Shown here: piece by piece, positions 48,920 to 60,074 of the stretch
Layout of the letters: each line of letters starts with the position of its first letter
Numbering within the stretch: position 1 is the first letter of the stretch
From: Squalus acanthias
Lineage: Eukaryota
Length of the DNA: 64,000 bases
Reading direction: 5' to 3'
Assembly (NCBI GenBank): GCA_030390025.1
Contig: JASTWF010000033.1
Location: 1,614,001-1,678,000 of the forward strand
Made by a program: the position numbers and the translations under genes
Notes under the pieces: generated by a model
Seen by the model: only the letters and a program-made list of their open reading frames with translations
What the model was told of the DNA's origin: nothing
Database searches by the model: none

Positions 48920-49950
48920 ACGCAGTTTTGTTTGCGGTACTGTAAGTAGGATATGGGGAAAGTTGGGGCTGATTTAGGGAATCTCCCCTCGCGTGTCGCT
49001 AACATAAGAGGTTGGCGTTATTTTATTTCAAAATTGAGGCTGGGAACTTTCTCATTGAGAATGTGGAAGCAGAACAACACAGATTAATAGGAAAACACAA
49101 GGTTAGCGACAGGATTCAAATTGCAGTTTCAATCGGTCCGTCTGGGTGTCCTTTCAATAAGTAATAAAAAAGCGCGTCTCTAAAAAATGTCCCAAACATG
49201 TTATGATTCAGGAAACTGAGACGGGGGTAGAAATAGTGAAATAAAAGCACAGGGATATAGAGAAGAGGAAGAGAGAAGGGGAAAAATACTGTTTCCACGC
49301 AGAACTAATGAAGAGACGCCTCTGCTGCGCCTGGTGTAGCCTCCTGCAGCCTGGATGCATTGACGTCCTAAGAGCTCATTAATTGTAGGAGTGGGACCGG
49401 GCGGCGCTTCAGAAGAAAGGTCGAAAGGGCAAAGACAATGTCTTGGTCTCAAGTGCTCTGATCATCAAGAATAGCCACACAAACAAAATGGTTTTCCAAT
49501 TATTAGCTACTCACTCGGCTAGTTTTGAACCGGCGTTCTCGGGGTTGAATTTTCGCTTCGGTGTTTGTTTAAATTTTCGAGAAGTCCGCGGTTCAAATCC
49601 CAAAAAAGCGTTGGTTTTGCCGGCCACTATTCAACTTGCAGTTGAATCTTTGCAATTACCATTAAATAACCGATTACCATAATTGACAGAATGAAATAAA
49701 GGAGAAACACACTTCAATAACGCATTTGGCACTTTGTAAGTAATGAACTGTTAACCATATCTCATGTTACACATTGTATTTTGTGAATCTCGTTTAAAAT
49801 GTTCATTACTTATGAAAGCATAAACCTGGGGCAACTTTTGTTAAAATTAACAGAATTAGTCACTGCACAGAATGAAATCCTCGCAAATACAAAGCTGCTG
49901 CCCGGACTCGAACCCGGGACCTTTCGCGTGTGAGGCGAACGTGATAACCG
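48920..49950 (+). repeat. ~1-kb segmental duplication, copy 1 (copy 2 at ~51265-52287)
   Basis: Colinear high identity from gcggtactgtaagtaggat through the tRNA-Val 3' half. Confidence 0.9.
49530..49611 (+). pseudogene. Degenerate tRNA-Pro(CGG)-like sequence with a 13-nt insertion 3' of the anticodon
   Basis: GGGGT..ATT-TTCGC-TT-CGG-[tgtttgtttaaattt]-TCGAG-AAGTC-CGCGG-TTCAAAT-CCC aligns with vertebrate tRNA-Pro. Confidence 0.55.
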
Positions 49951-49965
49951 CTACACTACGGAAAC
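49893..49965 (-). pseudogene. tRNA-Val(CAC), 3' acceptor strand decayed
   Basis: GTTTCCGTAGTGTAGCGGTTATCACGTTCGCCT-CAC-ACGCGAAAGGTCC. Confidence 0.8.
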
Positions 49966-50311
49966 CGCTCCGTCGTTGCTCACAGAGAATAGAATCAGTC
50001 GTGAACAAAATATCCCTCAGTTCTCATCTTCAGATTCAAGGCAGTCAAATTTTACATCAAGTGAAATCATTTTTCAGTGAAACGATTTGGAAGTATGTGT
50101 TACTGGTATTTTTGCCTTTAATTAAAGGGTGTGGCGTCTGACTCCCGTTCATGTCTCTTCTTCCTCTGTTGAATAAGAAAGGAGGGGTTGACATTGACCA
50201 GACTGCACTGCGCCTGATATATGTGAGCTCATCCTTATATTGAGTGATGCTGTTTAAGGTAAACCAATCAGCACTGGTCAGTTCCCCTCTGTTGACGTGA
50301 TGACTATAGCG

Positions 50312-50384
50312 GTTCCCGTCGTGTAATGGTTGTCATGTTCGCTTTACACGCGAAAGGTCCCCGGTTCGAGGCCGGGCGGGAGCA
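50312..50384 (+). tRNA. tRNA-Val(TAC), divergent; possibly a pseudogene
   Basis: GTTCCCG/CGGGAGC acceptor; TTCGC-TT-TAC-AC-GCGAA anticodon arm intact; D-arm altered. Confidence 0.7.
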
Positions 50385-51030
50385 TTATGTTTAAACTTGC
50401 TGTGGATGAACAACCAGCGGTGTTATTCCAAATGACAAGAGATAATTACTGCAAATCTGAAATAGAAACGGAAAATGCTGGAAATTCTCAAGAGGTCAGG
50501 CAGTACATGTGGATAAAGAATCAGGGTGAACGTTTCAAGTCGGTTACCCTTCGGTAGACCTGAGAAACGTCAGAGATGTATGGCTAGTGTATTCTCCTGT
50601 CAATAGGGCTACAGCGTCTTCTCCCTTATTCTTTGATTATTCTTTATTTCACTTCACAAATCAGATACATTTGAGTGAGAGAAAACTGATCCACAGTGAG
50701 GCCCATTTCATCTTTTGTTCCATTTTAAACCCTGGAATCTTTGAAGCCCTAAAGTTCAGAAATGTAATTCATTAATCTGCAGGGTGGCCGTCAGTACGAA
50801 GCCTTTTCTGTCTGGATCCGGGAGTGCAGCTGGTTTAAGGCTCAAGGTTGCCGCTACTGCCGATAGATTTTTGTTGGGTAAGGATATTAAGGGTTACGGA
50901 AACAAAGCAGGTAGATGGAGCGAAGACACAGATCAACCTTGATCTAATTGAATGGCGCAACAGGCTCGAGGGGCTGAATAACCTGCACCTGTTCCTATGG
51001 AGTCGCTGCAATGCACCCGAGTGCTGGAGG

Positions 51031-51103
51031 GTTTCTGGTGTGTAGTGGTTATCGCATTCCGCTAACACACGAAAGCTTAACGGTTCGAATGTGGGTAGAC
51101 ACA
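51031..51103 (+). pseudogene. Degenerate tRNA-Val(AAC)
   Basis: GTTTCTG..GTGTAGTGGTTATC..CT-AAC-AC..GGTTCGAA; stems broken. Confidence 0.65.
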
Positions 51104-51877
51104 ATTTAATGACTTTTCTGCATTCAAGTTTACTAAATATGAAAACTGGAATAATTTGAATGTTTGGTTCAGTATAAATAAAATACGCATTGACAGGTGA
51201 ATTAAGCCATTCAAATGGCAGCGGTACAGTGAGTGAAGTAATTCTCAATGATATTTCCCATATAGGGCACAGTTTCGCTTGCGGTACTGTAAGTAGGATT
51301 TGGGGAAAGTTGGGGCTGGTTTAGGGAATCTCCCCTCGCGTGTCGCTAACATAAGAGGTGGGCCTTATTTTATTTCAATATTGAGGCTGGGAACTTTCTC
51401 ATTGAGAATGTGGAAGCAGAACAACACAGATTAACAGTAAAACACAAGGTTAGCGACATGATTCAAATTGCAGTTTCAATCGGTCCGTCTGGGTGTCCTT
51501 TTCAATAAGTAATAAAAAAGCGCGTCTCTAAAAATGTCCCCACCATGTTATGATTCCGGAAACTGAGACGGGGGTAGAAATAGAGAAAGAAAAGCACAGG
51601 GATATAGCGAAGAGGAAGAGAGAAGGGGAAAAATACTTTTTCCACGCAGAACTAATGCAGAGACTCCTCTGCTGCGCCTGGTGTAGCCTCCTGCAGCCTG
51701 GGTTCATTAACGTCCTAACAGTTCATTAACTGTAGGAGTGGGACCGGACGGCGCTTCAGAAGAAAGGTCGAAAGGGCAAAGACACTGTCTCTGTCTCAAG
51801 TGCTCTGATCATCAAGAATAGCCACACAAACAAAATGGTTTTCCAATTATTATCTAGTCACTCGGCGAGGTTTGAAC

Positions 51878-51958
51878 CGGCGTTCTCGGGGTCCGATTTT
51901 CGCTTCGGTGTTTGTTTAAATTTCCGAGAAGTCCGCGGTTCAAATCCCAAAAGAACGT
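51878..51958 (+). pseudogene. Second copy of the tRNA-Pro(CGG)-like sequence with the 13-nt insertion
   Basis: As 49530-49611; lies within the 1-kb duplication. Confidence 0.55.
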
Positions 51959-52239
51959 TCGTTTTGCCGGCCACTATTCAACTTGCAGTTGAATCTTTGC
52001 AATCACCATTAAATAACCGATTACCATAATTCACAGAATGAAAGAAAGGAGAAACACACTTCAATAACGCATTTGGCCCTTTGTAAGTAATGAACTGTTA
52101 GCCATATCTCATTTTTCACAGTGTATTTTCGCAATCTCGTTTAAAATGCTCATTGCTTATGAAAGCATAAATCTGGGGCAAATTTTGCTAAAATTAACAG
52201 AACTGGTCACTGCACAGAATGAAATCCTGGCAAATGTAA

Positions 52240-52287
52240 TGTTTCTCCCCGGGCTCGAACCGGGGAGCTTTCGCGTGTGAGGCGAAC
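52240..52287 (-). pseudogene. 3' two-thirds of tRNA-Val(CAC), truncated by a CR1 3' tail
   Basis: tgtttctccccgggctcgaaccgggg..tttcgcgtgtgaggcgaac, then a CR1 tail at ~52288-52387. Confidence 0.75.
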
Positions 52288-52667
52288 CTGAGTTTGGATG
52301 ATCAGCCATGATCTCATCGAATGGCGGAGCAGGCTGGAGGGACAGAATGGCCTACTCCTGCTCCTATCTTCTATGTTTCTATGTTTCTGGACTTCAGATA
52401 ATATCGGCCCAATCTACTGAATTTCTCCTCATAGGACAAACCTACCATTACAGGAATGAATCAGGTTTGATTCCCACTCAGGGACTTCAGTTTTGACCAA
52501 GACAATTGAAATCTGTGAGACACTTAATAATTGTTTTAATCAACCCACCAAAATTGTTGTTGCACACTGAAGGAAATGCTAACATATTTGCCGGGTGACA
52601 GTCAAACTTTGCTAACTTTTTTTATACAATCATAGATTCAGCGCAGAAGCCAGCAATCTTGCACAGG

Positions 52668-52740
52668 GTTTCTGTAGTGTAGTGCTTATCACGTTCACCT
52701 AACGAGCGGAAAGTCCCCGGTTCGAAACCGGGCGGGCACA
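52668..52740 (+). pseudogene. Degenerate tRNA-Val(AAC)
   Basis: GTTTCTGTAGTGTAGTG..TATCACGTTCACCT-AAC...CCCCGGTTCGAAACCGGGCGG, followed by TTTT. Confidence 0.75.
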
Positions 52741-53556
52741 TTTTGAAAACATGTTCAATTAAATTGCAGAAAAATTGAATAATTCGCATTTGTGATTCAA
52801 TGTCGCAAAGTCCTCTTAATTTTGTTGTTTCTCGGTACAGTTCTGTACACACTCAAAACGCTACAGTGTCGCTCGCTCACTGCCGTTTCCAGCCCTGACG
52901 GTGCAGAAAGCCCCTCTCAAAGCTGCACATTCCGGCTGCTTTCAGTTGAATAGTGACAGATTATTAAAGGATCCTGCAGCGCTTCCTCGGTTTAGAACAG
53001 CAGATCTAATCCGCGTTTCTGCAAACTACTTGCAATTCCTGCAGTGTGCAACAAAATGTTGTGGGTTGATTAATGAAAATAGAAACAATTATGAAGTGTC
53101 TCACAGAAATCAATTATGCCTTAATACCTTTGGTTAACTAAACTCTACCAGTCGCAGATTAAAATGAGCAATTGATGTAGCATCTTTGAAAGAGGTATAC
53201 AATTAGTCCCACTCCAGTGTACTAACCCCATAGCCCTGCTGACACTCCTGTTAGTGGAAACTGATTCCGCCATAATTTTGAGCACCTCTATCAAATCTCC
53301 CCTGAACTGTGATTAATGGAGTTCAATGCGGGCAAGTGTCAGATCATCCACTTGGGGGCCTAACAAAGATCCGTCAATGTATGGTCTGAAAACATCTAGT
53401 CAGAGAATATTCTCATTTTTTTCATTCTGCAAAAGAAAGTTATGGGTTAATTAATGGTGATGAAAGCAGTTCTTATTTTATCACATTAGATGCATGTTAT
53501 TCATGTAATAAAATTACTTCGCATTCATGAATTAAAAACGGTGATATCAAAATTAC

Positions 53557-53590
53557 TTCCCTAACCGGGAATCGAACCCGGTTAACGGCG
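53557..53590 (-). pseudogene. tRNA-Glu 3' fragment (T-arm and acceptor strand)
   Basis: ttccctaaccgggaatcgaacccgg is the reverse complement of the Glu 3' end seen in the array. Confidence 0.6.
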
Positions 53591-54341
53591 CTGCTTGGAA
53601 TAGGTTATTGAATCATTTAAAGGTGCCCTCGAAAAATTTCACACTGCTAAATTAAAATCACTGCGACAATTTGTTTTGGTGTTGCAGAAGGGGATTGAAA
53701 ATGTTAATAAAAACGCCAGGCAACGCCCGTGGTGAGACAGGGTTCGAACTTACAAAGAAGTAACCGCTGCGAAGTAACCGCTGAGCTCAAGCTGACGCCG
53801 ATGAAATGGCGAGGAACCGCTCAATATAAAGGATGAGCTCACAAACATCAGGCGCAGTGCAGTCTGGTCACCATCAAGACCCTCCTTTCTTATTCAGAGA
53901 CATGAACGGGAGTCAGACGCCACAAACTTTACTTAAAAGCACAAATACGAGTAACGCTTATTTCCAAATTTTCACTGTTAAAATTATATCACTTTATTCC
54001 AAATCTGACTGCGTTGAATCTGAAAGGTAACACCATGGTGATTTGATGTTCAACTGCTGATTCTATTGTCTGTGCACGGTAGAAATAACCGGTCCTGTTC
54101 AATATGACAAAAGTTGCCCCAGATTCCTGGTGTCTTCAGCAATTAACATTTTAAACCAGACTCCTAACGTACATTGTGTAAAATGAGAAATGGGTAACAG
54201 TCAACATACAACGCACAAAATAAATGATTGAAGTATCGACTCTCGCTCAGTTACCATTTCTTTCATTGTGCAAAAGAAAATTATCGGTTAATTAATGATG
54301 CTTTTCCGCGAATGCAATATAAAAGTTGAACAAAAAGCACT

Positions 54342-54414
54342 CGCCCAACGTGCGGCTCGAACCCACCACCCTGAAACTAAGAGTCACATGCTCTACAAAC
54401 TGAGCTAGCCGGGC
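54342..54414 (-). pseudogene. tRNA-Lys(CTT), degenerate
   Basis: GCCCGGCTAGCTCAG...CT-CTT-AG...GGTTCGAGCC..GTTGGGCG, followed by a T-run on the minus strand. Confidence 0.8.
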
Positions 54415-55391
54415 CTCGCAAGTTTATACGTCTTTATCGCTGGTTGCAGCCAGGCGCCTGGTGGCTCAGCCCCAGGGGTGTAACTTGTTCTGCAAACCAC
54501 AAACCAGGTTCTCCAGAAACCCAAGGTGTCTAAGGAAATCAAGCATCAAAAGCCCTTTCATTAACCACAGGGATTCAGGCAATTTTCTGATCGCAAAGCG
54601 CTTTCAGTCCTTGTCAATATCTCTTGTCCATTTTCCGGTGTTTCCCGATTCTGTCTGTCCCTCTGGCTCTGTTTATTCTGTGTGTGGCCACCTGCATGTT
54701 GATTTTGAAGGAATAGCTGTGCTTGTGTCTGCTTGTTACTTTAAACAAATGAGGGCATGAGGCGCTTCTTTGCATGACACTGAGAAATCAGGAGCAGGCA
54801 GGAGAAATGAAACAGTGTTTGTGGAACGTGCCTATATACAAACATCTCCGTTTACACTGTGGACCTCGAGGCGCAACGTTAGCGCGTCTGACTCCAAATC
54901 AGAGGGCTGCGTGTTCCAATCACGTCGGGGACACTGTTCTACAGGATAATCCCGGAGTTAATGTTTTCTTTGCTGTTTCACAATAACCAGACTCATGCTC
55001 CAAAGTCTGTCTCACTAATTCCCCAGTGTCAGGGAGAGAAGCGCCTCAATTCCTCATTTATTTAATGTGGCAAGACACAAGCACAGGTATTCGTTCAAAA
55101 TCAACCTACAGGTGACCACACACTGAATAAACAGAGCCAGAGAGACAGACAGAATCGGGAAACACAGGGATATTGACAAGGAATGAAAGCGCTTTGCGAT
55201 CAGAAAATTGCCTGAATCCCTGTGGTTAATGAAAGGGCTTTTGATGCTTGATTTCCTCAGACACCTTGGGTTTCTGGAGAACCTGGCTCGTGGTTTGCAG
55301 AACAAGTTAAACCCCTGGGGCGGAGCCACCAGGCACCTGGCTGCAATCAGCGACAAGGACGTGTAAGTTTGTCAGGCCCGGCTAGCTCAGT
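54399..55391. repeat. ~360-bp inverted repeat (54399-54768 / 55037-55391) with a ~270-bp spacer
   Basis: The arms are reverse complements; the ORF track shows the same peptide on opposite strands. Confidence 0.92.
54862..54933 (+). pseudogene. tRNA-Trp(CCA), with A-box and B-box substitutions
   Basis: GACCTCG..GCGCAACG.TAGCGCG-TCTGA-CT-CCA-AA-TCAGA..GCGTG-TTCCAAT-CACGT-CGGGGACA. Confidence 0.8.
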
Positions 55392-55835
55392 ATATATACT
55401 GTGTAATCGATTCCCTCACTGTACCTGTACCTGAAGAAGGAGCGGAGCTCCGAAAGCTCGTGATTTTAAATAAAACTGTTGGACTATAACCTGGTGTTGT
55501 GCGACTTCTCATTTTTGTCCACCCCAGTCCAACACCGGCATCTCCGCATCATGACCAGAATTATAATAATGGCTAACCTGATTGTTTCTCTGCCGAGGTG
55601 TGACGAAAGGCAGTCAGGAGGATTAAATGTAGTTGTCTGACATTGTACGCTACACATGCATTGTTCTCTGTCGATATATGCTTTGTCGATTCGTATTCCT
55701 TTACTTCACCTGACGAAGGGGCAGCAGCTCCGAAAGCTTGTTTTTTCAAATAAAACTGTTGGACTGAACCTGGTGTTGTGAGACTTCTCACTTTTGTCCA
55801 CCCCAGTCCAACACCGGCATCACCGCATCACAGAA
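55392..55835 (+). mobile_element. Two tandem Penelope pLTR-like ends with hammerhead-like cores (55431, 55710)
   Basis: CTGAAGA-A-GGAGC-GGA-GCTCC-GAAA and CTGACGA-A-GGGGC-AGCA-GCTCC-GAAA, each followed by aataaaactgttggact..cctggtgttgtg..caccccagtccaacaccggcatc. Confidence 0.7.
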
Positions 55836-56054
55836 TTATAAATGCAGCTCTCTATGTCACCACTTGGTGCTGCGGCAGGACAGATTTACCTGCCCCAGCT
55901 TCTCACTGTACACCATTCTCTGGTTCAACCCACTGTAGCTACCTTGCATATTACGCTAAGCTTTGTTGTAAACTACAATGTGGGGACTTTAAAATAGGAA
56001 CCCAATGACGTCAGGAACACCAACTCCCTAACCCTGTTACGTAAGTTACATAAG

Positions 56055-56280
56055 AATCAGGAGCAGGAATAGGCCATTAAAACATAAGAACATAAGTAAT
56101 AGGAGCAGGAGTAGGCCATTCGCCCCTTCGAGCCTGCCCTGCCATTCAATGAAATTATGGCTTATCTTCTGCCTCAATTCCATTCACCGGCCTTATCGCC
56201 ATATCCCTTGATGCCCTTACTAGTCAGAAATCTATCGACTTCTGTTTTGAACATACCCAATGACTGAGCCTCCACTGCCA
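56055..56280 (-). mobile_element. CR1 3' tail, part of a duplication of ~48045-48490
   Basis: 55833-56280 is colinear with 48042-48488. Confidence 0.8.
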
Positions 56281-56289
56281 ACTCATTGT

Positions 56290-58865
56290 CATAGAGTCTT
56301 AGAGTTATACAGCACAGAAAGAGGCCCTTCGGCCCATCGTGTCCGCGCCGGCCATCAAGCCCTGTCTATTCTAATCCCATTTTCCAGCACTTGCTCCGTA
56401 GCCTTGTATGCTATGGCGTTCCAAGTGCTCATCTAAATGCTTCTTGAATGTTGTGAGGGTTCCTGCATCTACGACCCTTTCAGGCAGTGAGATCCAGATT
56501 CCAACCACTCACTGGGTGAAAACGTTTTTCCTCAAATCCCCTCTAAACCTCCTGCCCCTTACCTTGAAACTATGCCCCCTGGTTATTGACCCCTCTACTA
56601 AGGGGAAACGTTCCTTTCTATCTACCCTATCCATGCCCCTCATAATTTTGAACACCTCAATCAGGTCCCCCCTCAGCCTTCTCTGCTCTAAGGAAAACAA
56701 CCCCAGCCTGTCCAGTCTCTCTTCATAGCTGAAGCACTCCAGCCCAGGTAACATCCTGGTGAATCTCCTCTGCACCCTCTCCAATACAATCACATCCTTC
56801 CTATAGTGTGGCGACCAGAACTGCACACAGTATTCCAGCTGTGGCCTAACTAGTGTTTTGTACAGCTCCATCATAACATCCCTGCTCTTATATTCTATGC
56901 CTCGGCTAATGAAGGCAAGTATCCCATATGCCTTTTTAACCACCTTATCTGCCTGTCCTGCTACCTTCACGGATCTGTGTACATGCACACCAAGGTCCCT
57001 CTGATCCTTTGTCCTTCCTAGGGTCCTACCATTCATTGTGTATTCCCTTGCCTTGTTAGTCCTCCCAAATTGCATCACCTCACACTTTTCAGGGTTAAAT
57101 TCCATTTGCCACTGTTCTGCCCATCTAACCAACCCGTCTATATCGTCCTGTAGCCTGAGGCTTCCCTCCTCGCTATTTACCACTCCACCAATTTTCGTGT
57201 CATCAGCGAACTTACTGATCATACCTCCTACATTCATATCTAAATCATTAATGTACACATCAAACAGCAAAGGACCCAGCACCAATCCCTGCAGTACACC
57301 ACTGGACACAGGCTTCCAGTCACAAAAACAACCTTCGACCATCACCCTCTGCCTCCTGCCACTCAGCCAATTTTGGATCCAATGTGCCTAATTGCCCTGG
57401 ATCCCATGGGCTCTTACCTTCTTGACCAGTCTCCCATGCGGGACTTTGTCAAAAGCCTTACTGAAGTCCATGTAGACTACATCAACTGCACTACCCTCAT
57501 CCACGCACCTAGTCACCCCCTCGAAAAATTCAATCAAATTGGTTAGACATGATCTCCCCCTGACAAAGCCATGCTGACTATTCTTGATTAATCCTTGCCT
57601 CTCCAAGTGGAGACTAATTCTGTCCCTCAGAACTTTTTCCAATAATTTCCCTACCACTGATGTTAGCCTCACTGGCCTGTAATTAACTGGTTTATCCCTA
57701 CTACCCTTCTTGAATAATGATACTACGTTAGCTTTTCTCCAGACCTCTGCAACCTCCCCTGTGGCCAGAGACGTTCTGAAAATTTGTGTCAGAGCCCCTG
57801 CAATCTCCTCCCTTGCCTCACACAGCAGCCTGGGATAAATCTCGTCAGGGCCTGGGGATTTATCCACTTTTAAGCCCGCTAAAACCGCTAGTACCTCCTC
57901 CCTCGCATTGCTAATTTGTTCAAGTATATCACAATCCCCCTGCCTGATTTCGATGCCTTCATCGTCCTTCTCGATAGTGAACACAGATGCAAAATATTCA
58001 ATTAAAACCTCACCCACATCTTCCGGCTCTACACACAGATTGCCACTTTGGTCCCTAATGGGCCCTACTCTTTCCCTGGTTATCCTCTTGCCCTTAATAT
58101 ACTTATAAAACACCTTGGGATTTTCCTTTATTTTGCCCGCCAATGTTTTTTCTTGCCCCCTCTTCGCTCTCCTGATTTTTTTTTATACTCCTCTCGGGCT
58201 TCCATTGTTTTTAGTCCTTTGTATCTGCCAAAATCCCCCCTTTTTTCCCGAATCCATTCTTGTATATCTCTTGACATCCAACCTGGGCTTGTTGGTCCCA
58301 CCCTTGACCTTTACGGAAACATGTTGGCGTTGTACTCTCTCTATTTCCTTTCTGAAAGACTCCCACTGCTCTGATGTGGATTTTCCTACAAGTAGCTGAT
58401 CCCAGTCCACTTTGGCCAGATCCTGCCTTATCATATTAAAATCGGCCTTCCCCCAATTTAGAACCTTTATTTCCGGTCCATCTTTGTCCTTATCCATGAC
58501 TACCTTAAATCTCACCGAATTATGGTCACTGTCACCAAAATACTCTCCTACTGACACTTCTACCACTTGCCCGGCTACATTCCCTAGAATTAGGTCCAGT
58601 ACCGCCCCCTCTCTTGTAGGGCTTTCTACATGCTGGCTCAAAAAGCTCTCCTGGATGCACTTTAAGAATTCTGCACCCTCTGAGCCTTTCACATTCTGAC
58701 TATCCCAGTTAATATTGGGGAAGTTGAAATCCCCTACTATTATTACCCTATTATTTCTACACTTCTCTGAGATTTGCCTACATATCTGTTCCTCTATCTC
58801 CCCCTGACTGTTTAGGGGCCTATAGTACACTCCCAGCAAAGTGCTTGTCCCCTTTTTGTTTTTAG
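56290..58865 (-). mobile_element. CR1 LINE ORF2 (endonuclease, RT, 3' tail), 5'-truncated and disrupted
   Basis: ORFs 58183-58839 (YYRP, GDFNFP, SDHN), 57388-58143 and 56509-57345 ([17 protein letters not shown]). Confidence 0.95.
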
Positions 58866-59203
58866 ATGGAAGCCATTTGGCCCATCCTGGGGGAATCTAG
58901 AACTAAGGGGCACAGTCTCAGAATAAAGGGTCGCCCATTTAAAACTGAGATGAGGAGGAATTTCTTCTCTCAGATGGTCGTGAATCTGTGGAATTCTCTA
59001 CCCCAGCGAGCTGTGGAGGCTGGGTCATTGAATATATTTGAGGTTGAGATCGACTGATTTCTGAATGGTAAGGGAGTCGAGGGTTATGGGGAGCGGGCAG
59101 GGAAATGGATTTGAGGCCAAGATCAGATCAGACATGATCTTATTGAATGGTGGAGCAGGCTCGAGGGGCCGAATGGCCGACTCCAGCTCCTACGTCTTAT
59201 GTT
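58866..59203 (+). mobile_element. CR1 3'-end fragment
   Basis: Peptide RPFKTEMRRNFFSQ..NLWNSLP plus tail. Confidence 0.88.
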
Positions 59204-59248
59204 CAACCAACGTCCAGTCTGTGAGACTAGTGCACCCACCTGAATCAA

Positions 59249-60074
59249 CAGTGTAAATGTTGGGACTGTGGGAATGGATTCAGTTGCCCATCTGAGGTAG
59301 AAACTCATGGATACAGTCACACCGGGGACAGGCCATTCACTGGCTGTGTGTGGAAAGAGATGCACTCACTCATAAGAACAGCAGGGAGGTTGTGCTTAAA
59401 CTATATTAAACACTAGTTAGGCCTCAGCTAGAATACTGCGTGCAGTTCTGGTCACCACATTACAGGAAGGATGTGATTGCACTAGAGGATACAGAGGAGA
59501 TTGACGAGGATGTTGCCTGGGCTGGGGAATTTTAGCTCTGAGGAAAGATTGGATAGGCTGAGGAGAGACCTTATTGAGGTGTATAAAATTATGAGGGGCC
59601 CAGATAGAGTGGCTAGAAAGGACTTATTTCCCTCAGCAGAGGGGTCAACATCCAGGGGGCACAGATTTAAAGTAATTGGTAGGAGGCTTAGAGGAGATTT
59701 GAGGGAAATTTCTTCACCCAGAGGGTGGTGGGGGTCTGGAACTCACTGCCTGAAAGGGTGGTAGAGGCAGAGACCCTCACCACATTTAAAAAGTACTTGG
59801 ATGTACACTTGAAGAGCCGTAACCCACAGGGCTACGGACCAAGAGCTGGGAAGTGGGACTAGGCCGGATGGCTCTTTGTCGGCCGGCGCGGACACGATGG
59901 GCCGAAATGGCCTTCCGTGCCGTGAATGTCTCTGATTCTATGATCAGGATCAGGAGCAGGAGTCGGCCATATGGCCCCTCGAGCCTGCCCCATCTCACCT
60001 ACTGACACACCAGCATGTTCGTAATGGGGAGAATCCGTTCACTGCTCTGTATGTGGAAAGGGATTCGATTGATC
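59249..60074 (+). pseudogene. C2H2 zinc-finger gene relic split by a CR1 insertion (ZF pieces at 59249-59372 and ~59990-60074)
   Basis: Translates as [34 protein letters not shown]. After the insert it reads SHLLTHQHVRNGENPF/CSVCGKGF. Linkers are HTGERPF-like and the relic is frameshifted. Confidence 0.75.
59373..59989 (+). mobile_element. CR1 3' fragment plus a short inverted tail piece
   Basis: Peptides LEYCVQFWSPHY and RDLIEVYKIMRG; tail at ~59890-59942. Confidence 0.85.

Noticed and set aside
53724..53815. Possible further minus-strand tRNA relic (gggttcgaac motif)
   Set aside because: Too degenerate to assign an isotype or a fold
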